This document shows, piece by piece, positions 1 to 8,387 of a DNA stretch of 64,000 nucleotides. The DNA lies in NCBI GenBank assembly GCA_903885565.1, contig CAISJI010000216.1, positions 8,970 to 72,969 on the forward strand, read 5' to 3'. Under the pieces are notes generated by a model. It searched no databases, had not been told where the DNA came from, and worked only from the letters and a program-made list of their open reading frames with translations. How positions within the stretch are numbered: position 1 is the stretch's first letter; every line of letters begins with the position of its first letter. This DNA is from an uncultured Planctomycetaceae bacterium. GTDB taxonomy: Bacteria > Planctomycetota > Planctomycetia > Pirellulales > UBA1268. A program made the translations under genes and the position numbers.

Positions 1-393
1 CGGCGTCCAGATCACGAGCCCTCCACGGGCGAATTGGAACACCGGCCGCAGGCCCCGCGGACCGACCGGGAACCGCGGCTCTTCCTGACCGAAGTGCCAC
101 GCTGAAGCCAGAAAAAAGGCCATGACTGTGGCGGCCGGCGCCACGAACCAGCCGCACACGACCAGCACCGCAACCGCCAGATACCCGCCCAAAAACACCG
201 GCAGCCACGCCATCCCCAGAACCGGTTCGAGCCGTGGCCTGGCAAAGCGATGGTCGGCCGCGCCGTGCGGCAGGCCGATCAACGCGACGAGACTCGCCAA
301 GACGCCGGCTGTGACGCCGGCTGTGGACTGAGAAAAAAAGCACGCGGCCCCGATCATAGCCCAGCAGAGCAAGATTACCGAGGCCGCGTGCAT
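1..393 (-). CDS. blh: Brp/Blh-family beta-carotene 15,15'-dioxygenase (retinal synthesis); N-terminal part only, runs off the window start
   Basis: Absent from the supplied ORF track because it has no stop inside the window. My hand translation of the minus strand from the ATG at 393 is MHAASVILLCWAMIGAACFFSQSTAGVTAGVLASLVALIGLPHGAADHRFARPRLEPVLGMAWLPVFLGGYLAVAVLVVCGWFVAPAATVMAFFLASAWHFGQEEPRFPVGPRGLRPVFQFARGGLVIWTP. It stays open to base 1. It carries the Brp/Blh hallmarks GLPHGAxD and xxHFG in a multi-TM context. It starts 54 nt after the rhodopsin stop on the same strand. Confidence 0.8.
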   Translation of the reverse strand, partial: MHAASVILLCWAMIGAACFFSQSTAGVTAGVLASLVALIGLPHGAADHRFARPRLEPVLGMAWLPVFLGGYLAVAVLVVCGWFVAPAATVMAFFLASAWHFGQEEPRFPVGPRGLRPVFQFARGGLVIWTP

Positions 394-447
394 GGAAACA
401 CTATTCTCCCGCAAGAGGTATTCGACGCTCACGCGGCGGCATATGCC

Positions 448-1284
448 TCAGGCTGAGGCCGTCTTCGTGCTCTTGGATTTGGCGATGAGGTAGATCAGCA
501 CGCCGAAGCCCGCCTTGGCGGTCATGTCGGCGATCGCGTATCCAATCTGCAGGGCGACGACACCACCGGCACCCACGACACCACTGGCGGCATTCGCGGT
601 CCCGGCCTTCGCAGCGAGAGCTTCGGGCGTGCCACCGAGCGCATAAGCGATCGGGTAGACCGCCCATGTGATCACAATGACCAACCGGGCGATCTCGAGG
701 AGTCGGCGGGCCGCGGGTGGCTGCGTCTCCAGAGAATTCGTCAGTTCCGTCCAGAGCACGTACAGGATGTAGAAGAAGGGAATCGACGAGAGCACTCCCC
801 ACATGACCCGCTCTGACCACCGCGACGGGTCGGCGATCACTTCACCCGGATAGCCGAGCGCGATCATCAAGGCCGCCGCGATCACCAGCCGTGTCAGCAG
901 GTTCGTCGCCTTGGCCGCCGGAAGCCGGAGCACAGCCACGAGTTCGACCATCAACAGCGGCACCGTCAGAATCCAGTCGGCATACCGATAGAAGTCGTTG
1001 AAGGCGGCGCCGGTTCCCTTGTACCCACCGTCCACCAGAGCATAAGCGTCGTGCCAGCTGTGGCGAATCATGAAGTAATGGTAGCAGGCGATCGAAACCA
1101 CGAGGCCCGAAACCAGCAGGGCTGGCCGGTATTCCGAGTCGACATGCGCCCGGGACATGAACAAGAACAGCGCGGCTGCCCCCATCGTCGCGACCGTCAT
1201 CGAGAAGATGTTGTCCACCGAGTTGTATTGAACCAGTGAAAGGTCGGGCATCGCCGAGCCCAACAAAAACAAGCCCTCTGTCAT
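448..1284 (-). CDS. Microbial (type I) rhodopsin, proteorhodopsin/xanthorhodopsin-like outward proton pump (DTE motif)
   Basis: 278 aa with 7 hydrophobic helices. Helix C reads RYADWILTVPLLMVEL (D, T, E at the BR D85/T89/D96 positions). Helix G reads YAIADMTAKAGFG (retinal Schiff-base Lys). CYHYFM carries the PR His75 equivalent. An AGGTGA SD-like sequence lies 5 nt before the ATG. Confidence 0.9.
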   Translation of the reverse strand: MTEGLFLLGSAMPDLSLVQYNSVDNIFSMTVATMGAAALFLFMSRAHVDSEYRPALLVSGLVVSIACYHYFMIRHSWHDAYALVDGGYKGTGAAFNDFYRYADWILTVPLLMVELVAVLRLPAAKATNLLTRLVIAAALMIALGYPGEVIADPSRWSERVMWGVLSSIPFFYILYVLWTELTNSLETQPPAARRLLEIARLVIVITWAVYPIAYALGGTPEALAAKAGTANAASGVVGAGGVVALQIGYAIADMTAKAGFGVLIYLIAKSKSTKTASA

Positions 1285-1760
1285 CGTTTCACCTGCTTTC
1301 TGTGTGGTTAAAAAATTCCCGCTGCCTCACGCTCCGGGCAAGCTCCATCTCATCCATTGGCAGGCTCTTTCCGGCCGACCGCTGGCACAGGCTGGTTTCA
1401 CCCTGCGAGGCCTTTCGCACGTTCCCCAAACAACTTTGAAGGTTAGCCAGTGAAGAACACTTCGGCAAGTGGATGCCGGCCGAAAAACGGAATCTATCCC
1501 GCGGCGGCGGTAGCGCCACGGCATTGAGCTACGGGCGCGTGTGGCTGTTTTGGATGGCTCTTGGAGTTTCTTTTCCATGGGGCGATTGTTCGGTCTCCAC
1601 TGGCGCTCGAATGGGATGGCAAATTCCGAGCCCGTTGAGGATCGTCAGGCCCGCGGCACAGGGGAGCGGCTCACGGCGCCGACCACCGAGCCGGGGCTTC
1701 GTGGTGCGTGGCGGCAAGATTTTCCGGCTGAGATTGGTGCTCGGCCCCCCTGAAATGACT

Positions 1761-4130
1761 TCAATAGCGGGGCTTGCGGCCGAGCTTTTTGAGCCGGTTG
1801 ATGCGGAGCGTGCTGCCCCGAAACACGTTTTCAGGCCAGTCGCCGGCAGTGAGGATCGCACTGTAGATCGCCTTCTGCTCGTAGACGTTGACGCCGAATC
1901 CAGCCAGATACTGCAGCCGGAGATTGCCGTCGCGATTGATCTCCGCGTCGGCTAGCCAGGAACGCAACTGCGGTCCCGCGGCCGCGTAGGAGGAGAACAG
2001 ATCAGCGGCATTGTCGCAGCCGATCTCAGCGAGCGATTCACGCAGCAGGTGGGCATCGGCCGCGCGGAGCCGGCCGTCGATCCGGTCGAGATCGATCGTC
2101 AGCGGACCATTGCAGCCGAGCAGGATCAGGTCGTAGCCTGTGCCTCCGGAGGTATTGCCGAATATCAGGCCGTCGGGAAATACCTGGAGAAACGTGGCGA
2201 TCTCGCTCTTCACCGCCGGCGTGCCCGCCTCGTAGAGCTGCACAAACACCGTGATCACCCCGCCGGGAGCCAGATGCCGGCGTGCCAACTCGAAAAATTC
2301 CTGGGTGTAGAGGTTTGCCGCCCCACGCACCCACGGATCAAAAGGATCGCTCGTGATAGCGTCGAAGTGCTCGGTCGTGGTGCGCAGATAATGGCGGGCA
2401 TCGTCGATCTGCACGGACACTTTTGGATTGCGGATCACGTCGTGGTTGATGCTGCCAAAAAACGCTTCGGCGGTACGTGGCACCTCTGCCTCGATCTCGC
2501 AGATCGTCTCCGCAGCAACGGCGGGATCGACGCTCACGCTCCCTGCCGTAACTCCGGCGCCACAGCCGATGACGAGCACGCGCCGGGGGATTTCGGGAAC
2601 CAGTGTCGCCAGATGGCCGAGCATTCGTTGGAGCCTCATGTCCTGCGGTTCCCCCGAGGCCTGCACCTTGCCGGCGTTGTGGTAGTTGAGCGAGCCATCA
2701 GCGGAGCGGGAGACGGCTAATGTGCTCTCGGACCCTTCGCGAACGGCCAAAAACTCAACCGGCTGCTGGTGAAAGAGCGCGGCCAGCCGCCCCCAGCCAA
2801 CGAGCGCCGGCGCAAGCCCCGGCACCCGCGGAACGAGCAGCACCGCCATGAGCAGGCCAGTCGCAGGGGCGATCCAGCGGCCAAGGCGGGTTGGCCAACG
2901 CGAGTCCGGGAGCGCTGGCGGAACAGCGACAACTGCCGCCAGAGCAGCCGCAACAAGCAACCCTTGCTGTGTGGCCCGGCTCCCCGCTCCCGGCAGCAGC
3001 CAGAGCGCCGCAGCAAGACTGCCCAGAACGGCCCCGAGCGTGTTGGCGGCGAGGACGGCGCCTGTCGCGAGGGGAGTGTTTCCTGAACCATGCGTCGCCG
3101 ACGCGATGGCCAGCGGCAGGGTTGCCCCCCAGAGGCAGGCCGCGGGGAGAACGGCCACAAGGCAGCGGACACAATCGATCTGGAGTTGGGCCCAGGGGGA
3201 CGGCGCCAGCCGCGGGTTGACTGGCCACTCGGGCAGGCCGAGCCCCAGGGCCCAAGCGCCAAAGGCGATGGCCGGCACCAGCGCCACCTGGCACCAGACG
3301 AGCCACGCCCGAGGGGGCTGCAGCGTGCCCGCGACGGCAGCACCGATCCCCATTCCACAGAGAAACCCGGCGAGGATGAGCGAGAAGGTGTAGGTTGTGC
3401 CCCCGAGGAGGAGCGTCAGCAGACGGGTCCAGACCACCTCGGCCGCCAGGGCCGTGGCTCCCGAGAGGCAGGCGGCCACCAGCACCCCCTGATCGAGTGT
3501 TGTCCGCAGGAACGGCTCTCCTCCAGCACGCCTGCCAGGCTCGCTGAGCCCACCTCCACCGAGACGTGTCGCCAGCAGGACCGCCAGCCCGGCGGCGGCG
3601 AGGTTGCAGCCGACTGCGACAAGCGTCGCCACGCCGGTGTCGTGCACCCGGAGGAGGTAGAACCCCGCGAGGAGACACCCCACCACTCCGCCGAACGTGT
3701 TGGCGGCATACAGACCGGCGACCTGCAGGGCGGCGCGACGGCCGTTGCCGAGAGCCCGGGTGGCGACGGGGAGGGCCGCTCCCATCGCCAGTGTGGGCAT
3801 CAGCAGCAGGAGGCAGATTGTGAGCCAGTGGAGCGGTCCTGAAAGACTGCCTGCGGCGGCGATCAGGCCGGGAACGGCCAGGCCGCACAGCGCCGTGACA
3901 ACCTCAAAAGCGGCGCAGGCCAGCAGGGGGGAAATCGTCACGGGGATCATGCGGGGCACGATCAGGGCTCCGGCTCCGAGGCCGGTCATGAACGTGGCGA
4001 GGACGATGGCGAGCGAGCGGGTCGTGCCGCCAACATGCAGGGCGAGCACCTGGAGCCAGACAATCTCATACACAAGCGCCGCAGTGCCGCTGGCAACGAA
4101 CAGCGGCAGAAGGAGCCACGCGGATTTCAT
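1761..4130 (-). CDS. Fused polytopic membrane (MFS-like) / spermidine-synthase-like methyltransferase-fold protein
   Basis: The N-terminal ~480 aa are very hydrophobic with many TM segments. The C-terminal part has VLVIGCGAGVTAGS (SAM/dcSAM fold motif I) and ITSDPFDPW, typical of spermidine synthase-like proteins. I chose the start at MKSAWLLLPLF (4130); the track ORF extends to 4214. Confidence 0.8.
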   Translation of the reverse strand: MKSAWLLLPLFVASGTAALVYEIVWLQVLALHVGGTTRSLAIVLATFMTGLGAGALIVPRMIPVTISPLLACAAFEVVTALCGLAVPGLIAAAGSLSGPLHWLTICLLLLMPTLAMGAALPVATRALGNGRRAALQVAGLYAANTFGGVVGCLLAGFYLLRVHDTGVATLVAVGCNLAAAGLAVLLATRLGGGGLSEPGRRAGGEPFLRTTLDQGVLVAACLSGATALAAEVVWTRLLTLLLGGTTYTFSLILAGFLCGMGIGAAVAGTLQPPRAWLVWCQVALVPAIAFGAWALGLGLPEWPVNPRLAPSPWAQLQIDCVRCLVAVLPAACLWGATLPLAIASATHGSGNTPLATGAVLAANTLGAVLGSLAAALWLLPGAGSRATQQGLLVAAALAAVVAVPPALPDSRWPTRLGRWIAPATGLLMAVLLVPRVPGLAPALVGWGRLAALFHQQPVEFLAVREGSESTLAVSRSADGSLNYHNAGKVQASGEPQDMRLQRMLGHLATLVPEIPRRVLVIGCGAGVTAGSVSVDPAVAAETICEIEAEVPRTAEAFFGSINHDVIRNPKVSVQIDDARHYLRTTTEHFDAITSDPFDPWVRGAANLYTQEFFELARRHLAPGGVITVFVQLYEAGTPAVKSEIATFLQVFPDGLIFGNTSGGTGYDLILLGCNGPLTIDLDRIDGRLRAADAHLLRESLAEIGCDNAADLFSSYAAAGPQLRSWLADAEINRDGNLRLQYLAGFGVNVYEQKAIYSAILTAGDWPENVFRGSTLRINRLKKLGRKPRY

Positions 4131-4323
4131 CGGCTCCAGCCAAGAGTGGGCCCCGGGGGTTGAACTGCCGGATCGTAGCAGTCGGTTGCCACAAGCGCCA
4201 AAGCGGCGGCACAATCCCCCAAACCGCCCTGAAATCGTCAGCCCATGCCGACCGCTGGATCGATCGGCTATTCTTTGAGGCTCGGAGGGATCCCCGCTTC
4301 ACCATGCTCAGGGAGGAATCAGC

Positions 4324-5877
4324 ATGCCAGATGTCGCAAGCCTGATCGCGCTGCATGCCCCTTGGGCCACCGTCGATCGCCAGTGGCGGCTCACGCCATT
4401 TGAGCAGTTCATGTGGATGGATGACCGGCCGGCCTTTCCCCTCGTGTTTGAAGTCGTGCTGCGGTTTGCCGGCCCGATAGACCCGGTCGCGATGGCTGAT
4501 GCCTGGCGGTTTGCGATTGCCCGTCACCCGCTGTTGCGCGCCACCATCCGCACCAGGAGCGGCAGCCTGATCTGGGATGCCCCGGCAACCGGCTGGGTAG
4601 AACTGGCAGTCGCCGGTGCCGATGAGGAGCCTCCGGCCGATCTTCCCCGGATTGACCTCGAACGGGAACCGGGCCTGCAGGGCTCCCTGCGCGAGACGCC
4701 TGAGGGCTGGGATCTGGCGCTGCTCTTTCACCATGCCTGCTGCGATGGCCATGGGGCGCGAATGTTTCTGCAGGATCTTGTGCTCGCCTATACCGTCCTG
4801 GGAGGAGTCTCTCCGGAGGAGGATCCGTTTTTCCGTTCCGATGCTGCCCTGTTGGACGAGCGGGAAAAGGTTCCCAGCGCCGAAGGCGGGGGGAGGGCTG
4901 TGTGGCAGCGCCTCAAGCACGCGGCCCGCTTCTCCCTGCTGCGGCCCACACCAGTGGCGAGCAATATTTCCCCCGGCTTAGCAGGCTGTGGACAAAGTGC
5001 AGCATCGCTGGATGCGATGCCCGTCGGCCGTGGAAAACCTCGGCTTTTCCACCGGGCGACCGAGTGGAAAAAGTGCATAGAGGACTTTTTCCACGGGCGG
5101 TTAGCCCAGCCTGCCAGGCATCCATCAGGCTCCTCTCTCGGGCATCGCACGCACACGTTCTCTGCCGATGAAGTGGCGGGTATGGATGCCATCCAGCAGC
5201 GTTTCAGCGCCACCCGCAACGATATTGCCGTAGCGATGCTCTTCTCCGTGCTTGCTGGGTGGCAGCGGAGCAATCGAATCTCCCCACAGGCCCGGATGCG
5301 CGTCGCTGTGCCTACCGACATGCGTTCGCGCGCTGACGAGCGAATGCCGGCCGCCAATCGCTACACCTATATTTTTCTCGAACGCCGCATCGCCGACTGT
5401 GGCGACTGGGAATCGCTGCTGCCGGGGTTGCAACGCGATTTCCAGGAGCGCAGGCAGCAGGGACGGGGCATCCAGTTTCTCAGCTCGCTCAAGCGGGCCG
5501 CGCGCTTCCCTCAGGCCATGCGCTGGGTTTTGCAACGGCCCACCTGCTTTGCAACGGCTGTGCTCACGAATCTCAGCGATCCTTCGTGGCGGCTTCGCAA
5601 GCGACTGCCGGTGGATGCGGAGGGGCTCATGTGGCTCGGCAAGGCGCAGTGCCTCGACATCCAGATCCGGACGCCGCCGCTGCGGCCCGGCACGCGCTGG
5701 GGTTTTGGCATTTTCGAGTATGCCGGGAGGATGACGATCTCCTTCCGCTACGACGCAACGTCGATCACATCTGACGCGGCCGATGCGATTATGGAATGCT
5801 ACGTCAAGCACTGGCAGACGCTGCTGGCAACCTCAGAGGGCTGTCGCCAATCGGCGATCGCATCAGCAGCGGAGTGA
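4324..5877 (+). CDS. Condensation-domain / PapA5- or WS-DGAT-like acyltransferase (HHxxxDG) carrying an internal repeat element
   Basis: 517 aa. HHACCDG lies at aa 136-142. A C-domain-like TRNDIAVAMLFSVLAGW motif lies downstream in the same frame. Residues ~226-258 are encoded by the 98-bp repeat listed below. Confidence 0.7.
   Translation: MPDVASLIALHAPWATVDRQWRLTPFEQFMWMDDRPAFPLVFEVVLRFAGPIDPVAMADAWRFAIARHPLLRATIRTRSGSLIWDAPATGWVELAVAGADEEPPADLPRIDLEREPGLQGSLRETPEGWDLALLFHHACCDGHGARMFLQDLVLAYTVLGGVSPEEDPFFRSDAALLDEREKVPSAEGGGRAVWQRLKHAARFSLLRPTPVASNISPGLAGCGQSAASLDAMPVGRGKPRLFHRATEWKKCIEDFFHGRLAQPARHPSGSSLGHRTHTFSADEVAGMDAIQQRFSATRNDIAVAMLFSVLAGWQRSNRISPQARMRVAVPTDMRSRADERMPAANRYTYIFLERRIADCGDWESLLPGLQRDFQERRQQGRGIQFLSSLKRAARFPQAMRWVLQRPTCFATAVLTNLSDPSWRLRKRLPVDAEGLMWLGKAQCLDIQIRTPPLRPGTRWGFGIFEYAGRMTISFRYDATSITSDAADAIMECYVKHWQTLLATSEGCRQSAIASAAE
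5000..5097 (+). repeat. 98-bp double-hairpin repeat, copy I (inside the CDS 4324..5877)
   Basis: Near-identical to 35231..35327 in the same orientation. The shared string is CAGCATCGCTGGATGCGATGCCCGTCG...CCGAGTGGAAAAAGTGC...GACTTTTTC. Hairpin B is GTGGAAAAAGT/ACTTTTTCCAC, a perfect 11-bp stem. Hairpin A is GTCGGCCGTGGAAAA/TTTTCCACCGGGCGAC, which is imperfect. Confidence 0.85.
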
Positions 5878-5953
5878 TACGCGAGGCCCCAGCCTCCACC
5901 AGTGCCCCCGTCACAAGTGGCCCCGTCGCCTCGCACCTGCCGATCCCGCCGGC

Positions 5954-7489
5954 TTACGTGCCGCAGAATGTGCGGTAGGGTCCGCAGCCCCGTGGTGGGG
6001 CGGCGCGATAGGCAGCGTTCTCAGCTGATTCGATCCAGGGCGCCCGGATCGCAGCCAGCAGTCTGTGGGCGACTGACAGATCCCCCGACTCCGCTGCCTG
6101 GAGGGCTTCCTCAACCTTCTGGTTGCGGGGGATCACCAGTGGATTCACACGCCGCATCCGTGTGGCGGCCTCGGACAATGATCCGGGCTGGCGCTTCAGC
6201 CGCTCCAGCCAGCGGGTGCTCCAGTCGTGGAAAACAGGAAGGCTCCAAGGCTCGCCAGTGGCCGCTCCCGATTCAGCCATGCCGGCAAGGGCGGCAAACG
6301 TGGTGGTGAAATCGGCCCCCGCCTCATGCATCTGCCCGAGCAGCGCCGTGAACAGATCGCGGTCTCCATTTTCCTGGGTGATCAGGCCGAGCTTGGCCCG
6401 CGCTCCGGCGAGGTGATGCCGCTCGAACAGTTCCGGAAAGTGTGCCAGCACGCCCTGCACTTTTTCCAAGGCCGCCTCCTCATCCCCCCGCACCAGCGGC
6501 AGCAGGCTCTCGGCCAGTCGGGCGAGGTTCCAGTGGGCGATCGCAGGCTGGTTCGCATAGGCATAGCGAGCCTGCTGGTCGATCGAACTGAACACCGTGG
6601 TGGGATCATAGGCATCCAGAAATGCGCAGGGGCCGTAGTCGATGGTCTCCCCCGACACAGCCATGTTGTCGGTGTTCATCACTCCATGGACAAAGCCGAC
6701 GAGCATCCAGCGGGCCAGCAGGTGCGCCTGCCGGGCAACCACCGCCCCAAGAAATTCCGTCGCCGGGTCGTCGGTCGCAGCGAGGGTGGGATCGTGGCGG
6801 GCGATGGCGTGGTTGAGAAGCGCGGGGAGCAGGCCCGGCGGCGTGGCGCCCTGCTGGGCAGGGGGGTGGTTTGTCGTGGTGCCCGCGGGGGCCGCCCCCT
6901 GCGCGTCGATCGCCGCGGCATACTCAAACGTGCCAACGCGGATATGACTGGCCGCAATCCGGGTAAGGACCGCTCCGGGCAGGGGTGTGGTGCGCAGGAC
7001 CCATTCGCCGGTGGCGACCACAGCGAGGCTGCGGGTGGTGGGGATCCCCAGGGCATGCATCCCCTCGCTGACACAATACTCGCGCAGCATCGGGCCGAGC
7101 GCCGCGCGGCCGTCACCGCCGCGCGAGTAGCGGGTGCGCCCCGAGCCTTTGAGTTGGATATCAACGCGTCGGGAGTCGGGCGTGATGTGCTCGCCAAGGA
7201 GAATGGCCCGGCCATCTCCGAGATTGGTGAAGTGGCCAAACTGGTGGCCGGCGTAGGCCTGGGCAATCGGTTCCGCGCCCGGCGGCAGTGCGTTGCCGGA
7301 AAAGATCCCCTCTGCCACCGCGAGCAGAATGGCCGGATCGAGTCCCAGATCAGCCGCCAACGGTTCGTTGAACACCGCCACGCTCGGATCACGGACCGCC
7401 TTTGGCAATGCCGGAGAGAAGAGTTGCTCCGGCAGCCGGGCATAGGAATTGTCGAACCGCCAGCCTGCATCCCCGCCTGCCCCGTGCAT
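5954..7489 (-). CDS. selO: Protein adenylyltransferase (AMPylase) SelO/YdiU
   Basis: 511 aa. The N-terminus reads WRFDNSYARLPEQLF...AQAYAGHQFGHF...LGDGRAILLGE...DIQLKGSGRTRYSR, characteristic of the SelO pseudokinase family. Confidence 0.9.
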   Translation of the reverse strand: MHGAGGDAGWRFDNSYARLPEQLFSPALPKAVRDPSVAVFNEPLAADLGLDPAILLAVAEGIFSGNALPPGAEPIAQAYAGHQFGHFTNLGDGRAILLGEHITPDSRRVDIQLKGSGRTRYSRGGDGRAALGPMLREYCVSEGMHALGIPTTRSLAVVATGEWVLRTTPLPGAVLTRIAASHIRVGTFEYAAAIDAQGAAPAGTTTNHPPAQQGATPPGLLPALLNHAIARHDPTLAATDDPATEFLGAVVARQAHLLARWMLVGFVHGVMNTDNMAVSGETIDYGPCAFLDAYDPTTVFSSIDQQARYAYANQPAIAHWNLARLAESLLPLVRGDEEAALEKVQGVLAHFPELFERHHLAGARAKLGLITQENGDRDLFTALLGQMHEAGADFTTTFAALAGMAESGAATGEPWSLPVFHDWSTRWLERLKRQPGSLSEAATRMRRVNPLVIPRNQKVEEALQAAESGDLSVAHRLLAAIRAPWIESAENAAYRAAPPRGCGPYRTFCGT

Positions 7490-7611
7490 GTGTTCTGTTC
7501 CTGAAGTTCTGGGTATTTCTGAAGCGCCGGCATCCCGCCAGCAACACTGTAGCCTCTGCGAGCTGCTATGCTCCCCACCGGCTGTGTATCGGCGGCTGCT
7601 GCGGAGAAATC

Positions 7612-8331
7612 ATGGCGATGCGGAATGCAACTGATGACTGGCGATATTTTGATGCGGGGAAAATTCCGACCAAGGCCTCAACGCCCCACCTCGACAGGCT
7701 GCTGGCACAGATCGGGGCAGCGGCAGACCACGGCGGTCCAATCGCGCTGCTCGATGTGGGGTGCGGTGACGGGCGGCTCTCAAAACGCCTGTACGACCAG
7801 GGCTTGTGTGTGACGGGAGTCGATATCAGTCCGGCGGCGGTGGCAGCCGCCGGCCGCCTCGCCGGTGCTCAAGGAGGGGCGACGCTGCGTTTTGCAGAGG
7901 CCGACTTCGCTGCCGACCAATTTCCCCGGATCGAGGGCGGGCCGTTTGACGTCGTGGTCTGCCAGCTTGTGCTGTCGATCATCGGCGACGACCGGAATCG
8001 GAACAACCTCCTGCGGCATATCCGCGCCCTGCTGAGGCCGGATGGGTGGCTCTATCTCTCGGCCTCGGGTGTGTCGGATGCGATCAATCCCGGCTACGCC
8101 CGGCTGTATGCCGAGGATGCACTCCTGACGGGCGAGCCCCACAGTTATTTCTCGCGGAATGAGCAAGGCGAGGTGCTCTACATGACCCACCACTTCACGG
8201 GCAACGAGCTGGAAGATCTGCTCAAGGCGGCGGGCTTTGGGCAGATCGAGGTGAGCCTTGAGCGCGAGGCGAGCAGCCGGCGGCCGGAGGAAGCGGCCTT
8301 TTTTCTCTACGCCACCTGCCGGCCGGCCTGA
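7612..8331 (+). CDS. Class I SAM-dependent methyltransferase
   Basis: Motif I is LLDVGCGDGRL. The post-I motif is VTGVDISPAAV. I chose the start at ATG 7612 (MAMRNATDDW); the track ORF starts earlier at 7402. Confidence 0.8.
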   Translation: MAMRNATDDWRYFDAGKIPTKASTPHLDRLLAQIGAAADHGGPIALLDVGCGDGRLSKRLYDQGLCVTGVDISPAAVAAAGRLAGAQGGATLRFAEADFAADQFPRIEGGPFDVVVCQLVLSIIGDDRNRNNLLRHIRALLRPDGWLYLSASGVSDAINPGYARLYAEDALLTGEPHSYFSRNEQGEVLYMTHHFTGNELEDLLKAAGFGQIEVSLEREASSRRPEEAAFFLYATCRPA

Positions 8332-8387
8332 ACGCAGGGCGGCCGTCTCCACCGTTGCCGGGGGAAAGGTTGTTGGCAGCACTGGCG

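Noticed and set aside
401-820. The 139-aa minus-strand ORF spanning the rhodopsin 3' end and the rhodopsin-blh gap.
   Set aside because: It is an alternate frame of the rhodopsin gene with Arg-rich junk composition. The true downstream gene is blh, starting at 393 in another frame.
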